Below are positions 60,574 through 64,000 of a stretch of 64,000 nucleotides of DNA, piece by piece (positions within the stretch are counted from its first letter, which is position 1; every line of letters starts with the position of its first letter). Source of the stretch: an uncultured virus (IMG/VR IMGVR_UViG_3300036987_000183) (taxonomy: Duplodnaviria > Heunggongvirae > Uroviricota > Caudoviricetes); the IMG/VR virus record IMGVR_UViG_3300036987_000183. One strand, 5' to 3'. Below the pieces are notes generated by a model. It did no database searches. It was not told where the DNA came from and saw nothing but the letters and a program-made list of their open reading frames with translations. A program made the translations under genes and the position numbers.

Positions 60574-62052
60574 ATGAATGTCAGGGAGTGGCTTCCAGAA
60601 TTTAAAGTGTCAGCCGAAAGCGATACAGAGTTACTTAAGTACTTTCTTAAAACATCTTACGTAGACGATATTCTTAACACGTCAAAATGGATGGTCCTAG
60701 GCCGCAAAGGTACTGGTAAAACAGCAATTTATGAATATATCAAAAGCGGGACAAGAGAATCGTTAGGCGGATTTGAACCAATAGCCCTCAATTTCAAAGA
60801 CTATCCTTGGCCAATTCACAAACTGTACAAGGAAGGGATGGAGGGAGAAATTACAGCTTATCAGAAAAGTTGGCATTACCTAGTTATAGTTCAAGCTATA
60901 TCTAAGCTAATTGAAATACGTGAAAAGAGCTCTGAGTACTTATCAAGTGAATTGCAAGCAGCCAAAAAAATAATAAACTTTATATACGGTAGTCCGTTTC
61001 CTTCTCTAATGGAAGTTATTAAATCAAAGTTGTTTCGAATAAATAGCTTGTCTTTACCAAATTTAGCAGCAGCAGATATAAATATGTCAGCAGGAGAAAT
61101 CTCATTTGATGATGTATCTGCTGATTCACAATTAAAATCGAAACTTAAAACTAATGCGTTTGTCTTGCTGCAGTACTTAGAAACAATACTCTTACAAAAC
61201 ATTGGCGAGACGCAAATTTTGGTTGCTTTAGACCAGTTAGACGAAAATTGGTTGCAAAACGAAATTGAAGAATATAGTAAAATATTGATCAATCTTATAA
61301 ATGTTTGTCAGCACATAAACAATGCCGAAAGATTTAAAAATCTAAAGATTATTCTTTTTCTAAGGTTAGATATCTATGAAACATTGAGGTTTAATGACAA
61401 AAACAAGATTTTTCAGGATAGCGCTGTCGAAATAAGGTGGGACAATGATAGTTTAAATGAAATGTTTTTCGAAAGGGTTAAGAAATATAAGCCTGCTGAA
61501 CTTCAATTAGATATGAATTTGAAAAGCAATGCTATTTTTGAAGCAAAGTTTGTAAGACATGGAGCCACACCATTCAAGCACATTTTAAGGAGATCATTTT
61601 ATCGACCACGTGATATTGTTGTTTATATGAATAAAATTAGAGAAGCCCATAAAGGTACTAAGAGCGGATTGTATTCATCCAAGGATTTATATAATGCCGA
61701 AAAAGATGTGTCAAAAAGTTTGTACAGTGAACTTATTGATGAATGGTCAAATCAAAAGCCTGATTTAGATACAATTCTTTCTGTATTACAGAACATCGGC
61801 ACACAAACCTTCAAATATGAAGACTTTGTTGAGAAATATAGTAATTCCAACTCAGATTGTGATAAGGCTGATATCAATGATGCCCTTTTATTCTTGTTCC
61901 TTAATTCTGTTATTGGTCAAAAAATTACTGCCAACTGGGAATATTTTTGCACTAATCCGTACATGCAAATAGACAATGCTAAGCAGTTTCATGTTAATTC
62001 TGGCCTTAAAGACAGGCTCATGCTAACAGAGAGCAGATCTTCACGAGCTTAA
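60574..62052 (+). CDS. P-loop ATPase (Sll1717-like)
   Basis: SAESD, GRKGTGKT, LDQLDE, RPRD motifs. Confidence 0.8.
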   Translation: MNVREWLPEFKVSAESDTELLKYFLKTSYVDDILNTSKWMVLGRKGTGKTAIYEYIKSGTRESLGGFEPIALNFKDYPWPIHKLYKEGMEGEITAYQKSWHYLVIVQAISKLIEIREKSSEYLSSELQAAKKIINFIYGSPFPSLMEVIKSKLFRINSLSLPNLAAADINMSAGEISFDDVSADSQLKSKLKTNAFVLLQYLETILLQNIGETQILVALDQLDENWLQNEIEEYSKILINLINVCQHINNAERFKNLKIILFLRLDIYETLRFNDKNKIFQDSAVEIRWDNDSLNEMFFERVKKYKPAELQLDMNLKSNAIFEAKFVRHGATPFKHILRRSFYRPRDIVVYMNKIREAHKGTKSGLYSSKDLYNAEKDVSKSLYSELIDEWSNQKPDLDTILSVLQNIGTQTFKYEDFVEKYSNSNSDCDKADINDALLFLFLNSVIGQKITANWEYFCTNPYMQIDNAKQFHVNSGLKDRLMLTESRSSRA

Positions 62053-62336
62053 TATTATTATTACTAACTCTCCGCTTATAAGTTAAAAGGCATTAGTGGT
62101 GTTATTAGTTCAAAAATAATACGTTTGCTAGTTACAAAACCCATAATTATCTCCGAGGTCTGATTCATATATTGAAAGCCAAATAGCTCCAAGAACCGAC
62201 CCCTACCCCCTAAAGGATCAGTACACCTACCAGATAACATTGAATTCTGTTTACCGACAGTATGATCTTTCCTTCCAACGTTCGCAAGGTGATAAATCCA
62301 TAATTTCAAGTAGATACATGCTTTAAAAAAACAATT

Positions 62337-62363
62337 ATTAGAAAACTGGCAATTTCGAATAAA
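62337..62363 (+). repeat. 27-bp repeat copy 2
   Basis: Matches 57935-57961. Confidence 0.85.
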
Positions 62364-62444
62364 CTTTGCTATATGATTATGAAAAATCTGTATGAAAGTC
62401 ACGGCTTAAAAAGTAATCTAACCTAATAATGTTACGACGTCACT

Positions 62445-62873
62445 TTGATATTACAGGAGGCTTGTGTGCAATTAACTGAAAGTCAAGTATCCGCATCTGC
62501 TTTAGCTGAGGTTTTTAGTTCTGCTTTCATGGATGTCTATGATTTAGATGCCGACTCTTTTCGTGTTAAAGGTGATAGAATTGGTGTTTATGTTGAAGTA
62601 GACAAAGATAAAAAATTTATTAAATATAGTTTCATTAATAAGATGAACAATATAAATATAAGTGCTATTACACAAGTAATGAATAAAATGAATCAAGAAT
62701 ATTATTTTCTAAAATTCTCACTTGTTCCATATGACAATAACTACTTTTATACTTCTCACTATTATATGAGTTTTAAAAAAGGAATAATCAATTACCAGTT
62801 AGTTGATAACCTGAAAATGTTTGAAAGGGTAACATATGAAGCGGCTATGTCAGAACTGGGCGATTATTTCTAA
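62445..62873 (+). CDS. YbjN-like hypothetical protein
   Basis: Size and the pattern NKMNQEYYFLKFSL. Confidence 0.45.
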   Translation: MILQEACVQLTESQVSASALAEVFSSAFMDVYDLDADSFRVKGDRIGVYVEVDKDKKFIKYSFINKMNNINISAITQVMNKMNQEYYFLKFSLVPYDNNYFYTSHYYMSFKKGIINYQLVDNLKMFERVTYEAAMSELGDYF

Positions 62874-63611
62874 TGCTATCTATAATTGCTTCTTTGGCAA
62901 GACAAGCCTGAGAGATAAATTTAATTAGCACTGATTTACAAGTTCAGTACAGAGATTGTAATCATCTGTAATAAGTTCTCAAAAAAAAACTCTATATGAT
63001 ATCCAAAATATTCAAAACATCCGAGTACCCAGATGGTATATAGGAAAAGGGAATAGTAAATAGATGAACCCCGGTGGGGTAACGTCTTTAGCAAGGGTAT
63101 GGCCTAACTGGTCGTGCCCTTTTTTATTACCATTAAGCATGTAACAATACGAAAGGAGGTAGATCCGTAGAACAAAGACCAGATAGACTATTGGGGAATG
63201 AGTTGCAGCGAGCATGAGGATAATTGCAATGCTTGCGTATGTACAGCAACCAGTATTGATCTGTGACCAAATTAAATTACATCTGAAAAGCCATATCCTT
63301 TAATAGGGGAGTGGCCCTTTTTGCATTCGGTATGCGCACGGTACGCAGTGTGGATATAAGTGTCCATGAAAAAGCATTGATGGGTATTATACTTGAATGT
63401 AATGTTTAAACATATATTTAATTATGATGTGAGTCAAGATTCTTATGTTTAACTGCTTTAATAAAAATCTTGACACGCCACATATCTTGTGGTGTATTCG
63501 AGCTTAATTGTTTCATAAGGGTAACATGTCAGCATGTTATATGAATGCATTTAATAGTAACCGGGCGTTAGTAATTATGTGTATAAAAATGCTCAGTTTC
63601 GGAGGAATCTT

Positions 63612-64000
63612 GTGAAATCTAAAGTGATGCTAATAATCTGTACCATTATTATGCCACTATTAGTAAAAATAATTTTTGGGTCAAAGATTAATGAATACAT
63701 ATACCACTCTGGGTTATATGGCTGGGTACATGATAATAACGGATTGTTTGCTATTTGTGTGTTTATACTTGTCTTTGTTATAGTGATTGTATTAGCGATA
63801 ATATTTTTTTTCCAAGCAGCTGGTTTGGCTGATGAATTTATTGAATCCGGTGTTGATCTTGGTAAAGAAGTATGGAAAAAAAATAATATGAACGATAAAA
63901 TATTGCATGGAATAGAAAAAACATATTCTGCGGCACATGGCGCTTATAAAGAAATTATGACAATAATGACAGCAGATAATATTCGCAAATGGCTAAAATC
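63612..64000 (+). CDS. Partial membrane protein (runs off window)
   Basis: GGAGG RBS, GTG start, hydrophobic segments. Confidence 0.5.
   Translation, partial: MKSKVMLIICTIIMPLLVKIIFGSKINEYIYHSGLYGWVHDNNGLFAICVFILVFVIVIVLAIIFFFQAAGLADEFIESGVDLGKEVWKKNNMNDKILHGIEKTYSAAHGAYKEIMTIMTADNIRKWLK

Noticed and set aside
63478..63494. NrdR box
   Set aside because: CCACA-TATCT-TGTGG palindrome has the wrong spacing, and no nrd gene is adjacent

Overview
Most of the window (302-45625, about 45.3 kb) is an apparently complete lambda-like temperate prophage, probably a siphovirus. The host looks like Geobacteraceae/Desulfuromonadales, inferred from gene content only. The prophage is bounded by a 25-bp direct repeat that is the 5' end of tRNA-Thr(CGT), and the intact tRNA lies at 45601-45676. 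It encodes a large serine integrase, several XRE repressors, a replication module (D5/P4 helicase, CHC2-TOPRIM primase, beta-clamp), a GpA terminase, lambda-type head genes, a lysis cassette and tail genes. It also carries a complete diversity-generating retroelement (DGR): target gene/VR 30974-32575, avd, TR 33022-33137 and RT. VR and TR differ at 17 adenine positions and 2 non-adenine positions. Right of the tRNA is an AT-rich island with an uncharacterised family-A/T7-RNAP-fold polymerase-like gene, regulators, and a defence-like cluster (HNH-HIT, Mrr, P-loop ATPase) bracketed by a 27-bp repeat. Notable non-coding signals are: heptamer arrays at head-gene junctions, a 9-mer tandem array before a probable leaderless late transcript, a lambda-cos-like site far upstream of the terminase, a -1 tail-chaperone frameshift site and a frame-changing C11 tract. 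All calls come from manual reading of the sequence, with no database searches.
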